Below are positions 48,986-63,445 of a DNA stretch of 64,000 nucleotides, in pieces (the first letter of the stretch is position 1; each line of letters begins with the position of its first letter). The translations under genes were made by a program, and so were the position numbers. The DNA lies in contig CP154954.1 in assembly GCA_039621445.1 (NCBI GenBank), positions 10,063,521 through 10,127,520 of the forward strand, written 5' to 3'. Source of the stretch: Euglena gracilis. Taxonomy: Eukaryota. Under the pieces are notes generated by a model, which saw only the letters and a list, made by a program, of their open reading frames with translations, was not told the DNA's origin and did no database searches.

Positions 48986-51900
48986 ATGATGGACACCTGG
49001 GCCCGGTGGCAGGCTGCGGAGCGGGCCCCCGACCTGCGCCCCTCGCACTACGACCTGGCGCTGGCCCCGGCGGAGCAGGCGGCGATGCAGGAGATGCACC
49101 GCCGGTGTGCCGGCATGGCTGTACCATCAAGCGGGGGGGGGGGGAGGCAATCCTTTCTGCAGGATTTGACTGCAGAATTTGACCCCTCCCAAAATCCAAA
49201 GTCCTGAAAATCACAAATTTTCAGTTTGCATTTTTGCTCCCCCCGTATCAATACACTGCAACTGGAGTGAACAAGCAACCACACTTTCCAGATAGACTTG
49301 GGTGGGCGATGTGGGCGTCCGTTCCGTTTTTTTTTTCCCCAGGTCCGTGTGCATACTTGTAGTTAGTGTGACCGGAAAAAATGTTTCCGTGCGCCGCGAC
49401 TACCGCGGAAAATTTTTTTGAAACCGGCAGCGCCGCGGCAAAAATTTTTCTGTGCGCCGCGCATGCCGCGGCACTGGTTTATGTGTGCGCCACGACCGCC
49501 GTGGAAACTTTTGAAATTTGTGCCGCGACCACCATGGCAATTGTCTTTTTAAATTATGTGCCACATATACTTCCTTTCGGCCCCTTCCCCTGCCTGGCCT
49601 CTTTGATACTTTCTTGACCATGGTGCTGTGGGGCGGCCCCTTTGATGGTTCACAGGCACTGCGTCGGGGTAGACCCCCTGCCGAAGTTCCTGCAGGACGC
49701 CACGTTCCGGCACACTGTGTTCCGGCGCTACCTTGGCGCCCGCTCCTGGGACATCGACCGCGCGAGCCGCATGCTGGGCCGGTGTGTGCTAATCCTTGGC
49801 CCAGACATACAGCGCCGGACGAACACCCCAAAAGACGAACCCCCCCCAAGCGCCAAAATGTGCATTCTCCGAGTTGATACAGGTTTGATATTAGCACAAC
49901 CGAATTAGAAGTGCTTCCTTTCGTCCACCATTCACTTCCTCAATTCCATATTCTGGATATTTATTCCATACTAATTCCTATTCAGCTTTCATCTTTTGTT
50001 ATTTCCTTCGGCAACCTCCTTGGCCACCACATTATCAGTCAAGGATTGTTTGTCAAAATTCGACACCTCAAAAAACCCCAAAATGCACCCAGGGTTACCC
50101 TCTTTGACCCCAAATTTACCCCAAACCCCCCAAAATGACAATCCTGATGATAGTTCGCAAGAGTTCGCACACAAAAGTTGCAACAAGTCTGTTTCTGGGG
50201 TTTTTTCGCAAAAGAAAGAGAAACAACCAGTCACAAGGCTCCTTTCTTTACCCTCACCAGGGAGGGGTGGTCTGTTGTATGCTGTCTGTTGGCTTGTTAG
50301 GCTGAGGTGGTATTTCATCAGTTAGGGGGGGAGAATGGGCGGTTGTAAGTTACAACCCAAGGCTCCAACCGTGGCATTTTTTGGGAGGTTGCTGTGGTTG
50401 TGTGCATCCCTCCGTGAAATTTCAAGCCCCAGAGTGGCGGGATGTGCTGGTTGGGTTTGGGCTGCCGGGCTGTTGCTGGTGTTTGGGTTGATCTCCCCGG
50501 GGTCCACCTTTGTGGCACCATCTGTGCCCCTCCCCAAACCCACCCCACCCCACCAATGTTGCCCCCCCCCCTCCCACAGGACGCTGGCATGGCGGGCGGA
50601 GAACAAGATGGACACGCTGCCCTTCCTCCCGGCGCCCACCCACACCACTGCACCACCTCTTCTTCCACCCGCGGGGGGGGGGGGGCTTGAGGGCCACACC
50701 AGCTCTGTTTGAACATGACCTTTCACTTCAGACTGCACAGTGGATGTTGTCCGACCCCAGGGGAACATCCCTGTCGGGAACACTGGCAGTTTTTGTATTT
50801 TTTGCTTTTGCACCGTTTTGTATTTTTTTGCATATTGGAGTTCCTGTGTTCCACACCCACCGCTGGCCACTACCTGGCATTTTTTTTTGGCCAAGTTGCC
50901 GTGACCTGCCATTTGGCAAAGAAATGTCTCGTGCCCAAAAGCAAGTGAAAGGAAGTAGGAAGCAACCCTGCCATCTGATTTCGGGTGCAAGGACGTGCCC
51001 CCGATGGCTTCTCACGGGGATACCACCTGGACCCCCACAGCGATTTGTACGGCCGGGAGTTGCGGAGCGACCCGGTGACCGACCGCTTCCTGCAGCAGAT
51101 CCAGAAGGTCCGCCCAACGGATTGTTTGGCGGCGCTTGCCAACGACCCTCCTGAACGTCCAGGGTTTTGGAGTTGAAGTGGGTGATAGAAAAACAAGTTG
51201 TGTGTGTAAGCCTTGCCTGTTCTGCCGCTATCACCGCTCCATGTGTGTTTGCTTGCCAGGTGTACCACGGCACATGGCACATGTGGGACCGGGAGGGCAA
51301 CCCGGTGTTCATCGAGCGGACCGGCTACTCCGATCCTCACCTTGGGCTCGGCAGACCCCCACCCCCACCCCCACACAGCCGGTGCCATCCGTTTTCTGTT
51401 TCTTTCCCAATACAACCCGACATATTGATTTCCATTGGAATGCGGTCTTCTCGCATTTTGAAACCGGTTTTAGTCCATTCTGCAAGGCATCACTGTAAGC
51501 AGGGGCGCTCCCTCAAGAAGAAGTCTCACCTTTGGCTGACCCAATCCAAACTTCAGCATACCCTGAACCCACATCAAACCAAAACTCTACCTGAATCCCA
51601 AGCTTCCAACTGCTAATGTTACCACGCCCCCATTCCATGCCACCCCCCTACCCTACCTCTCCTGATCCTCTCCCGGGGTTGTATCATATTCAAACACACC
51701 TGATGGTGATGCGAACACCCATTTTTTTTGAGCAATGTCCATGGTACGTACACACATATATGCACACATATATACGACAGAGGGGATGCTGACACACACA
51801 GTTTTCCAGGCTTCTGCTAAAGGTTCACAGTGACGCCAGAATTTCTGGAATGAAATCAGCCAAAAAGGCACATTAGAAACACGTAGCGCTGGAATAATTT

Positions 51901-54900
51901 TTCCAGTCAGGGGACCCCCAGGTGGTCCAGGTAAACCCCCCCCCCCAAATATAAAACCCCCCCGGTTTTATAATTGGGCGGAAATTTCAAGACCCCGAGG
52001 GGGGGTTTTATATTTGGGGGGGGGTTTTATATTCGGTCGGAAAAATCAACTTCCCGGTGGGCTGCAGTAGACACTTTTTTGGTCCAAAATAACAAATACG
52101 CCCACCCTTGGGGGTCCAAAAACTTCATTTTTCGGGCGAAGGAGCAATTTTCACATGTTTTGGTAAAAATTGTTCCCAAATCTGCCAAAAATGACAATTT
52201 TGGGAGAAATTTTGTCGAAAATTTTTCCTTCCGGCGCTTCGCGCCGGAGGGGGGGTTTTATATTTGGGCGGGATTTCAAGGTCCTCAGGGGGGGTTTTAT
52301 ATTTGGGGGGGTTTTGTATTTGGGGGGGTTTTATATTTGGGGGGGGGTTTAGTAGCTTTTTCCAATGCCTAGCGAGTGGACCCCCGGGGTTCTCAACAGC
52401 CCCCCCAGGGAAATGAGCTGCCTGGGAAACTGTCCTCTACCCTCTAACCTCTGCCCTCTGTACTTGCTAACCTGTCCTCATATGAACCTGTCACCTGCCC
52501 TTGTCCCCACTGACCTGTACCTGATTTTTTGATTTGCCATTTTTTTGTTGAAAAAGGTGTGTTTCCCTCGTGGATGATATTGGTTTTATTTTTTTCCTGG
52601 CTTCGAATCGTGAATATGTTAAGACCCCCAGTGTCGGGTACCACACATTGTGCACACCGTGCGTCTTTCATGGCTTACTCTTTAAAAAAATTCGAACAAT
52701 CAATGCGGACCATGGAATATTGTCAAAAAATTTATTTTGGGGTCAAATTTCATCGAAAGACGCACAGCGTGCAAAGTGTGCACGGTGTGCACGGTGTGTG
52801 GCACGGTGTGTGGCATGGTGTGGCACGGTGGCACGGCGTGACACGGTGTGTGGCACGGCGTGACACGGTGTGTGCCACGGCGTGACACGGTGCGTGGCAC
52901 GGTGTGGCACGGTGTGTGGCACCGTGTGGCACGGTGCGTGGCACGGCGTGACACGGTGCGTGGCACGGTGTGCACGGTGTGCCGCACACCATGTGTCAGC
53001 GTCCCCCGAGAGCTACTTGCATAACCGCCCCCAAAACGACCCCCCACCTGTTTTTTTTCCTGGCCGGCCCCAGCCCCCGCGCCATGGTGCGGATCGGCAA
53101 GGAGGCCGCCAAGGAGCGCGGTACGGGCACCAGCTTCGAGGAGGAAATCCTGCACGGGCACCTGCTGTCGATGGAGCTGGGGCTGCACCTCACCAAGCTG
53201 CAGACGGCAAAGCTCCGTATGTCCCGGCCCCAAGTGACTCTGGAACGTTTCTTTCCTCTCCCCCTTTTTCTCCAACACAACTCCGAATATTTATTCCTAC
53301 AACAGCCGTATTTGACTGACATCGATTCTGACCACACGAAACATCTCATCATGGAATCACGGTATGCAAATATTTGGAACTATTATCATTGTAAACCGAC
53401 AGTGTCTGGAAATGCTCTCACAAATCATGAGCTATTTCCCATTGCAATTGACATGGCAATTTGCCATGTGCATTTCCAGCCCCTCCAAAAATTAATTAAA
53501 ATTAATTCTTTCATCTATAGACAACCATTGCAGTTGGTTGGATTGCTTGGATTGGATGACCAGTGACTGAGAACACCTCCAAATTGACCACACGCATCTG
53601 TCTGTCAGATCGGCCCATCTTCCAGTTCACATACGTGCTGGACCTCAAAGGATACAAGCTGTCCCACCTCCACCAGCCAATTTTCTCCGGTGTGATACCT
53701 TTTCCACCCTAATTATTTTTTTCTTCCCCCCTCTGTCACATTGAATTAACTTTGAATTAAATTGTGGGTGTGGCATTCACCAGGCAGTTGCAGACAAATT
53801 GGAACAAGGCCACCTCTTTATTTGCTCTTTGAACCATTTTGGAAATTTCCCCCCCTCCGAGGTCCTTCAGCAATGCCCTGACCTGAAGTCGGAGTCCGGT
53901 GGCTTTATTATTTGAGGGGTGGGTTGGAATTTGGGCGAAATTCCCCAAAAGAGCTCCACAAGAGCTCCGGGTCCCCAAGCCTTTTTTTTTGCTCTTTGAG
54001 CTGTTTTGCAAAATAGAAGCTCTTTTTATTATGCTTACTCTGGCCAAATTGCATCAATTTTTACTGATTCTCCCGATGTTTTTTTGGGGGTCATTTGTCC
54101 TCTTGGCTTCGTTTGCCTTCACTATTGTGTGGAGGGAGGCGTATTTTTTATTATTTGTGCAGCACATTATTTGCAAGTCATCAGGCGGGGTTCTCATTTG
54201 GGTTTTTAGAATCAGAGGGTCACAGAGCATACAAAATCGGTTGCGTAGGCCATTTTTGTACGTGTTTTTTTCCACAAGTTTTGGAGGCATGTTGCTACTC
54301 TTCATTCAGAATCAAAACTTTGAAGAAGTCAATGCCTGTCTTGAACCTCCGTCGTCGTTTTGGCTTTGGGGTTTCCCTTTGTTCCCTTGTGACCTGCCGC
54401 GCGTGCCCACCATACTGCTTTTGTTGCAGCCCTCAAAGTGATCATTGAGAATGACAAGCGGCACTACCCGATTCGCCACCTCGCTAAGAGAAGACTGCCT
54501 CTGGGGCACCCTCTCTGCCCAATTCCTCTCTCATTGACCCTGCCGGCAGACGTCTATGTCAGTTGGGGGGGGATGTCTGGGCCAGGGCAGTATGGGAATC
54601 GGCCAAACAGCCAGGGTGGATGGGTGGGGAGACCGACCATCCCCCCACCCCCCACCACCGCCCGTCCTTGCGGGATCACCAATTTCCGACCCCAAAAATT
54701 TTTCTGGGTGGATTTCTTAAACAAAACCCGTGAAAATGCTGTGGTGGCTGGGGGGGTCGACCCCCCCCCCCCAGCCCTTCCTGTGCAGCGCTCTCTGGGT
54801 CGCTGGACGGCAACTTTGTCGGGACCCCTCGGACCTCAGCGGGGGCGGTGGCGGCCGAGACGACCTGCCACGCCTTCGTCGTTAATGCCCCGAGCATCGT

Positions 54901-56515
54901 GACGGTGGCGTGGGCCCAGTGGCCCGCTGATTTCCACTCAACTAACAACACGAGAAACCCTCAACCTGTCAAAATGCCTGGTGCCGCACTTTCCGAAAGA
55001 CGAGTTGATGTTCATGTGCTTTTTCCATTTCGATCAACAAAACCAAGAGAATTGGAGACCACCAATTGTTTTGATGCATGCCTTCTGTTCAACGGTTAAT
55101 ATTTTTTTTCATGAATGCAGCGTGGGCAAACTTGCGGTTTTGTGCCGTATGTTTGTTCCCTTTCTTGTTTGTCTTCGACTGTTGCAACATTTGCTTTGCG
55201 GAGCACTGCCCACAACATTATCAGCCCCCTTCTCGACCAGCGGACGCGGGAAAAGGTGCGCATCCTGGGCAGCAACTACCACCTGGCCCTCGAGAAGGTC
55301 ATTGCTCCCGCCCAGTTGCCTCTCAGGAGGCACCCTTTTGGCCAGACTGCCTCCACACCGTTGCCATACAGAACACCTCCATCCCAATCACCAGCTTGTT
55401 GGTGCTACCACACTGAGTCTCTAAACTGTCCACCTGGAGGGATTGCTATCTTTGCCTCCACAATTGAGGAACAAAACTCGGAGCCATCCTTCTGTAAGAA
55501 GACACTTGCTTTTAAATAATCATAATAATTTAAAGGTCACATACACTGTTTAACCATTTCATTAAGAAAACTCAGGAAATTAATCAGCATTACCCCTGAT
55601 TTTTATCATATAATGTCATGTTGCGTACATCTGTTGCTCGGTGAGCTTTTCTTAATGAGCTGGACAAAGTCTGTAAGCCACGATATTCTTTTTCCGCTTG
55701 AAGACCCAGCCATGTGTCACTTTGAGCTTTGAGGTTCAGGGATGCGGTGAAAACAGGAAAGTTCACAGACTAAATGCCTAAATCTTACAGGGTGGGCAAA
55801 ATTGGGGGGGAAATTGGAAACTTCATGCCGGAGGGTGAAACTGGTTAGAAAAAAATACTAAAAATAACTACTAAAACTACACTGTTATGGTGAAATTTTG
55901 GTATTTGACCAAAATTTGATTGAAAATGGCCCGAAAATGACAAAAAATGTCTATTTTGGCAAAGATTTACCTTTTGTGGCATTTTTGAGGCAAAATAGCC
56001 AGATTTTGTGTTCAGTGCCGCAATGAAAAAACAGGGGGGGGGTCGACAATAAACGGTCGAATAATTTTTTTTTGTTGCAAAAAACCATTTTTTTTCAGGT
56101 TCAAAATTTTCCGAGCCTATTTTACGATATTTTTTTTGCCGTAATTTTTGTCTACCATCTAATTAATACTCACTTGAACTCTCGCCCTAACCCTTATTTT
56201 TTCCAGAAGCTTAAAATAAACCCTCGATTTCCTGATCACCCCTTCGGCTTAAAGTCTGTTTAACTTTTTTTGATTTATATAATTTCATTTTTTCTTTTTT
56301 TATACCACATTCATTTTAATACGATGAGAAAATAATGACAGATGACAGGCTAATTCATTTTTGAATGGTTTTTTATTGTAGTCTACATTTGGTAATATTT
56401 TATACACAAACATTTCTGTTTGAAAATTTCCAACAGTTTTTGTGGCTTCTGGTGCCTCCTGCCACCGATCTTCCTTGGGGGCGAGTGCGAGTGCCCCGGG
56501 GGCTGTGTGCCATGA
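48986..56515 (+). CDS. Sec14/CRAL-TRIO lipid-binding protein; exons approx. 48986-49112, 49664-49777, 50578-50636, 51009-51107, 51260-51332, 53072-53216, 53609-53689, 54430-54469, 54856-54913, 55214-55320, 56467-56515 (possible extra last exon 58907-58968)
   Basis: CRAL-TRIO-N-like FRRYLGARSWDIDRASRML..TLAWRAEN; WDREGNPVFIERTG; FTYVLDLKG; HYPET..AFVVNAP..VAWNIISPLLDQRTREKVRILG; QLPIFLGGECECPGGC. Mixed GT-AG and paired introns. Confidence 0.92.
51932..52351. mobile_element. Intronic MITE, family C (TAAACCCCCCCCCCAAATATAAAACCCCCC TIRs; terminal TA may be the TSD)
   Basis: ~30-bp TIRs and repeated GGGGGTTTTATATTTGGG subterminal motifs. Related partial ends at ~29520-29625 and ~30470-30577. Confidence 0.8.
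52776..52985. repeat. Degenerate 10/12-bp tandem array (GTGGCACGGT), intronic; relatives at ~61975-62037 and ~62312-62371
   Basis: Seen directly. Confidence 0.85.
54914..55213 (+). other. Nonconventional intron
   Basis: GCC-CAGTG ... CACTG-CCCAC. Join VAW|NII. Confidence 0.9.
55321..56466 (+). other. Nonconventional intron
   Basis: CAGGAGGCACC/GGTGCCTCCTG form a perfect 11-bp stem. Join QLP|IFLGG. Confidence 0.92.
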
Positions 56516-59500
56516 GGTGCCTTACCCCAGGGAGGGGCAAAATATGCACCGTGCAGTTTTTGCAGTTTTTTTTTGCAGTTTTCACGTTTTGGGGTTTTTG
56601 CAGTTTTTTTTTGCAGTTTTTTGCAGTTTTTTGCAGCTTTTTTTCTGAAAAAACTGCACACGTGCAGTTTTTTGCAGTTTTTTTTTATTCCAGTTTTGAG
56701 GAAACCTGAGGTGCTCATTTTTTGGTGCTCTGCGCCTTGTTACGCTGGATTATATTGTTTGAAGGATGTTTCTCAGGAAAAGTCTCTCTGAAAAAATCTC
56801 TTGATGAGTTGTGTTGTCTACAGTAATCCCACCAGTTGTCTTGCCCCCAACTTTCTTGCCAACTGCCTTGCCTCTCGACACAACAGAAGTTGTTGTTGCC
56901 ACGATTTCAAAAAACACATTGTTTCGGTGACAACGCCACCATTACTCCCCAACCAAAATTGCTCCATCTCCATCTTGTGCATGTGGTGACAGATGTCACG
57001 ATGCTTATTTTGGCAATCGTCATTTGCACACTCCTGAGCAGATTCAACTAATTATTTGGGATTCCAGGGGACTAAATCCAAAAACTGTTTTTTTTTGTGC
57101 AAATTTTGGTTGAAGTTGGAGTTGAAGATTGCGAGATTCGTGGAGACGCAAAGGAGCACACGCTCCTGAAGAAGATTGGGTCTTGTCCCAAGCATTTTGG
57201 CCAAACATCACACAAGCCAAATGCTTCAAAGAAGTCTTTTTTATTTGCAAGAAACTCCCAGACCATTTGGCAATCTCCTAAAGACAGTGTTCAAAGTTTG
57301 TGATGGTTGTTGTAGATTTTTTTTTAGTTTTGTAGGTTTTTTGCATCGTGACATGGGTGAAGTTCACCAGGTGATGGACCGAAAGTTCCAAAACTGAACA
57401 TCCCATGCAAGAATTAAAAGCATAGAAAATTTCTGCATATGGGCATGTGCATTTTTTCCATATTTAGCCGTTTTTTATGGGCAAGGCCGTCACAAGCTTT
57501 GGTGCAGGAAAACCAGTGTGAACCAGCAACCAAAACAAACACATGACTTGCATTTCAATGCATGAAAACCCATGTACAGTGTACCTTGATCGATTGCTTT
57601 CATTTTTATTGTCATCAGCTCCAAAGCTGTGCAAAAGTTAGGTGAATTGGGGCGTTCTCGTGTGGTCACAATTTACGTTGTTTTGCATATGCACACCATT
57701 TCAGCTTGTTTATTGTTATTTTTTGTTGATGTGCAGTTTTTTTGCAGTTTTTTGCAGTTTTTTTTTGCAGTTTTTTTTGCAGTGCAGTTTTTGACCTGCC
57801 CGTGTGCAGTTTTTGCCCCCCCCCCCCCCTGCTTACCCCCTTTCACTGTACAAAAGCCTCAGCCACCCTGTTGGCTTGATGTCTCGCACACCCCCCTCTC
57901 ATCCACAGCATCTTTTTTGGCTGACCAGGATTGGCACTGCAAAAGCAAGGACGGATATGCAAGTTTCACAATTGGCCAGAATTTTTGCAGGAATGTAAAG
58001 AGTGATTTCGAACCTTTGGCTATCAGTCATTTTACAACTCTAAAAGGCAGTGAATGCTGGAGAGATTGTCATTCCACATCTCGAGAGGTGAGTCTCTGAA
58101 TTTCCTCATTTTTCCAACAAACACCCAATAAAAAAACCCCCGAACAAAAACACCCCAAAAAAACACCATAAAAAAACACAAAAATTCAATGTCCTTCCCT
58201 CCCCCAAAAAATGTTTCCTCCAAACTCAAAACAGCAACTCGACAGGTGGGGATGAAAACAGCCCCGCAACCAAAACCAAGTTCCGAGGTAGTTGCCCCCC
58301 CCCCCCGGGGCAAACCTGTTTGACGGCCAACACAGCCCATGGCCACCCCAACAAATTCCCCTCTGGGCCGAAAAACCAGCCCCCCCCACCTCTCGGTGTG
58401 ACCTCTGGTTTCAAACGGAAGAGCAATTTCCCGAACCCCCATTTGTGGTCAAAGTTTGGGGGGAAAAAACACAAAAAATCACACATTTCCCCAAAAATTC
58501 ATGTCTCCATTTCCCCAAAAAATGTTTCTCAGTGCTTCTTCGACGTGGGTGGGGATGGGGAATCGCAGACTCCGGCAAGAGTGATGTTGCCGACAGGGGG
58601 GGGGGGGCATTTTCGACCTGATTATTGTGGTGCTCCAGCCCTCCGAAAATGGTCCTCTTCAGGGGAATTTGGGGTCTGGGCCAAAAAACCGAGTCAGTCA
58701 CTCGGTCACTCTGAAAAACCAGCCCCCCCCCCCCGGGGGGGGGTAGGCCAGTGTGTCGGGCGTTGCATGGACCCCAACGTTGTGCATTCCACCGGAACCT
58801 GGAATACGAGTACCTACGGTGGGTTGCGTCCACACCTCTGGTGGGAGGCGCTGGGGAGGGGGGGGGTTGGCCGACTTCCAGTCTGCTTGGCCCTAAGGCG
58901 CCCCGGATGCCCAGCGTCAGGGCGTGCCCATCTGCCCTGCCCACCCGGAGCCGTCGCTGTCCCTGTGATGCCCCACGTGACCCCTTTGCCGCCACACCGG
59001 CTGCCACTGTGGCGGCCCCCATTGGCCCCGGGGCAACCCGTTTTCCCTTCCAGGGAGCTGCAAACCACGGACGATTTTTCCATTTTTGTTTCGTCCCCCC
59101 CCCCCCCCCGGCTTTTTATAACTGATTTTGTGGCCTCTCCAAGTGAAACCCTTTGCATGCTTCTGACTGGTTTGTGCATAACATGGTGTTCCCCCAGCAA
59201 TTTTTTTGTGATAATGTTTTCCTCAAAGTAGACGGCACGCAAAACACAAAATCACCAAAAATACAAATAGATTTAAAACTGCGAGTTCAAGTTTATGCAT
59301 TTTGAGGGGGGCCGGGTGTGACAACGTTTTCGTGCCCCTGTCGCTTTCCCTTGTAGGCCCTCGTCCCTTGCCTCGCCCCAAACCTTCGAAAGGCGACCCC
59401 ATGTGCAGCGCATGCCTCAGGTTGCTGGGGCAGCCAACTCTGGCCGGCACTGGCCCCTACCCTCATTGCTGATGACGCAGAATTCAGCTGAGTCAGTGTT

Positions 59501-62500
59501 CACTCATTTGTGCCGACCCCAACCCAAATCCAACCCCCTGAAACCCTAACCCCCGAAACACCTGACCCCCCCCCCCCAAATAAGATCCCCTGTGATTTTC
59601 AGAAAAGCTCCAAAGCAACCCCCACTAAAACTATTAAAATCCCAAAATGGGTGACATTCTGACCTTTTATTTTTTCTGTGTCAAATTTGCCATTTTTTTT
59701 CCGGATGATTTTTGTTCATTGCAACGTGTTTGTTTTGTTCCTGTTTGTTTTGGACCTATTTGCAAGGCTTTTTTTCGGCTGAAACCTTCAGAAAAAATTA
59801 AAAAAGAAACCCCCAATTAAGACCCCAATATGGTCCAAAGAATCACCCGATTTGACTTTTGGAGGGGATTTTATGTCTTGGGCCAACCTTCTTTCACGAT
59901 ACTTGGCGACAGCGGCATACAGGATAGGCTCCTCCCCGCGAAGAGGGGCTGCTACAGCCCGCCCAAATTGCACCGCTGCAACAATGCCAGCTCAGTCAGC
60001 TCACGCCTTTTTCGTTGCTGGGCCAGCCAAAACGCGCTTTGCATCAAAATTTTTTTGATGCAAAGCGCCTGAAGTTTTTTGAAAAGGTGGTCAAAAATTG
60101 TTAATCACAATGTGATTTTGAGGGGTTTGTGGGAGGGGGGTTTGGTGTTGCTGCTTGCTGTTCCTTGCCACAGTGCTTGGTCGCCCTTTTTCCTTTCCTG
60201 TGTTTTTTGTTGTTGTTTTGGCTCCTCCCCCTCCAGCACCCTCACCCTGCTCGTTGGCCTAAATTTTCAGCCCTAGCCCAGCAACTCTTAAAGAGAATCT
60301 GTATGGTTGGGTGGGTCGAGCACACAAAACCCATTTTTTTTCCAGTGACCGGTGCGAAGCGCCGGAATTTTTTTGGGACCCCCAAAAATGGCCAAAAATG
60401 CCCGTTTTTGGCCATTTTTGGGAATTTTGGAACAAAAGCAGCCAAAAACCTATTAAAAACCTCATTTCCACCTCTTTCATCAATTTTTTTTCCAGTTGGG
60501 GGGACCCCCGACCCCCCCCCCCCCCGGGGGAGGGGGGTCTAGGTAGTCCATTTTTTCCAGTGCCTAGCCGATTGGCTAGCCAGTAGCCAGTAGCCAGTAG
60601 CCAGTACCCCCCCCCCCCCCCGGAGGTCCTTAAGCAAAAGCCTGGCAGGCACCCCCCCCCCCCCGGGGTCGGATGGGGTGCTATGGGGCGCCTGCCCCTA
60701 GCACCTCCCCTGTGGGGCACCCGACTAAGCACAAGCCTGCAACTGATATGTGTTTGTGCACGCATTTGCGCCGCAAACAAATTTGTGTGTGTGTGCCGAG
60801 GCTCGCACAAACATACTGTTTTGAAGTGAATGTTTAAATGTTGTGCCCATAAACAAAATTTGTTTGTGCGCGCAAATGTACGCACCAACAGGCCTATCAC
60901 GTCCAAAAAACCATGTAGGGTTGTGGTAATCACCAGTGTCCTTCAACATGAGCATGTTGCTGTTGCACTCCATGAACTTCCCTCTTTTTTTTCCCACTCC
61001 TGGGGGAGGTCCCAGGGGTTTCGAGGTGCGGAGCCCATTTTTCTAGACCTCCCAAAGACATCATTTTCTGCCAAAGTCCTAGGGGTACACCCCCAAAAAC
61101 AGAATTTTGCTCATTTTTTTTTGCGTTCTCCTGTCACTGTGTTTTCAAACCTCCCAGAGCCACACAGCCGAAACAAAAGTATTTATTTATTTTTTTTATT
61201 TAATTTGTGCATATGCGCAAACCAACACGAATAAATGCGAATCCAGCCGCCTAAGAAAGCCCCCCTTTTTTAGGCATTTTCATCTGGGTGGCTCATTGGC
61301 CCCCTAAGACCATTGGTGTCTACCTCGATGTCCTGAAGTTTGCCCCTTGGTCCACTGTGCTTTCATCCCAGACTTGAACGGCATTTGCAACATTCCATCC
61401 GCCCCCACCCCTACCTTTTCCCAGGCAAGCCTCTCAACAGAATGCTCTCCTCTCTGTCGCTGCCCTGCGGTGCCGATGTGCGGGTTGAGTGGACGGGCTC
61501 CAGAGCGGCTCGGACGGCGTGCAGGCGATTGTCGTGTTTAGCCGAAGGTTGGGGTGGCATACCTTCCTTGGATGGGTGTGCTTCTTATGGTTGCATTGGA
61601 TTGCATACAAGCATAGGAATATAGGAATATAGGAAATATAGGAAATATGGGACAAAATAGTGCGCAGGCTCGGCGACTGTATTTTTGAATTGGTCTGTCA
61701 CACGCTATCGTCAAGTGCTTTTACCAGAGACTGATTTCCAGAAATAAATACAGATATTCAGGCCAACAATCAGCAATTTCCCCCCCAGTTTCTTGTCTTT
61801 TTTTTCCCCTGGGAATTTCATTCCTGAAGTTTAGTTGTTGTGGTCGTTGGGATTTGGCTGTTTGGAGGCACCATTGGCCGAGTCGGCCCGGCAGACCGGG
61901 GCCAACCATGGCCGACTTTTCAGACCCGTAGGTGGGGTCACGACCAGGACCGGCGGGGGGGGGGGAGGATGCTGCCACACCACGTGCACCACGTGCAGCA
62001 CCATGTGCACCGCGTGGCGCAGCGTGTGCACCGTGTGGGAAATTTCACTCGTTTCCAGTATTCCTCTAATTTTTCTTTCATTTTGGCCACCTTTAACCGC
62101 CTCTAACCTCCTTGTTCCATCGTCGGCTACTTGTTGCCATTTTTTTTTGGTGTTTTTTTCTGCCTTATTTGGTGTCTTTTTCCATTTGAATCATTTTTTT
62201 TCATGCTACTGTTGGTAATTTTATGGTGATTGTTTTGCAATTTTAACAATATTTCAATTTTGAACCTTTTTTAGCTTTTTTTTTTTTGCCTGTTGCGGTG
62301 GTTGCAGATAACGTGGCACGGAGTGCAGCACATGGTGCACTTGCGGTGCCATGGGGTGCACACGGTGCCGCGAACCATTTGTCCGCCAAATTGTTGGAAG
62401 TGAGTGTGAAGCCTTTCTCCCCTGTTCCTTTCTACCCTACCCCTTGGTGCAAGGACTCTCCCTCTCCCCATTCTCTGATTTCTTGTTTGCACTGCAAGTG

Positions 62501-63149
62501 AATCATAAAGGGAATGAGCGCCTGCTGCGGTTCGAAAACAGAATAAAGTGTAGCTGAAGATCAATGAAGTTAAAATAATGGCATTGTTGATCAGGAAGAG
62601 CCTCCACAGGGCGATGGAATTTCCACAGACAATGTGTCAAGTCTTTTTACAGCCAGCACCTGCACCCCAGCTGGGCTGCAGACCTACCTTTTGTCTGAGG
62701 TTCTTTTTTTTTTTGATTGGCATGGTGCAATTTGCATGTGATTTGTAAACCAGCAAGACAGTGCTGGTTGAAGCCATTCTTTGGTGGTAATATGTGCTAA
62801 TAGAGTGGGAACACAAGAACAGCAAGTTGGAATGGCGCGCGATTGCTCAGATGGAGCAAGTTTCGAAGGATGCAAAATGGCGAAATTGGTTTCAAACCCA
62901 AATGGCCAAAATTGCTTGAAAGTTGTTGGAAAAATGGCTCACCGTGGAAAAAATGGCAAAATTGCAAGACGGGCTAAAGCTGGTCCTCTAGGGATGAATT
63001 GGCTGTTGAAGAGATGACAGCCTTCGAAGACAATGTAGCTTCTTATTCCTTCCTTTAAATCTTTTTTTTCAGAATTTTTGCATGAAAATACTGCAGTTGA
63101 TTTTCTCGTTATTGAAGCTGGAAAAACAGTGCTGGCTGGACCTGGGAGA

Positions 63150-63445
63150 CAGGTGTTTTTTTTTTAGCCTTGGACCCCGGGGGGGGGGAAGGGCAGGGTG
63201 GGTGGGTCCAGACGAGCCTCCCCCCCCCGGGGGGGTTGCCCAGGGGGGGGGGATAGTTTTTGGCGCCAAAGGCGCCGAATTTTTTTTGAAAGGTGCTATT
63301 TTTAGCATTTTCCGCGATTTTTGGCCTTTTCAGGGAAAAGTGGGTTGGGTCTCCGAGACCCCCCCGGGGGGGGGGGGGGGGGGGGCCCCCAGGGGGGGGG
63401 GGGTGGGGGGGGGCCCCCCCTCCCCCGGTCTTAAAAAAACCCCTG
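63150..63445. mobile_element. hAT-like MITE with CAG...CTG ends and a perfect 8-bp TSD (CTGGGAGA)
   Basis: CTGGGAGA at 63142-63149 and 63446-63453. Ends are CAGGTGTTTTTTTTTTAG and CTTAAAAAAACCCCTG. Confidence 0.88.

Noticed and set aside
56820-57050. Minus-strand Cys/His-containing frame (CANDDCQNKHRDICHH) as a transposase or zinc-finger remnant
   Set aside because: It is short, with no recognisable flanking domains or splice support.
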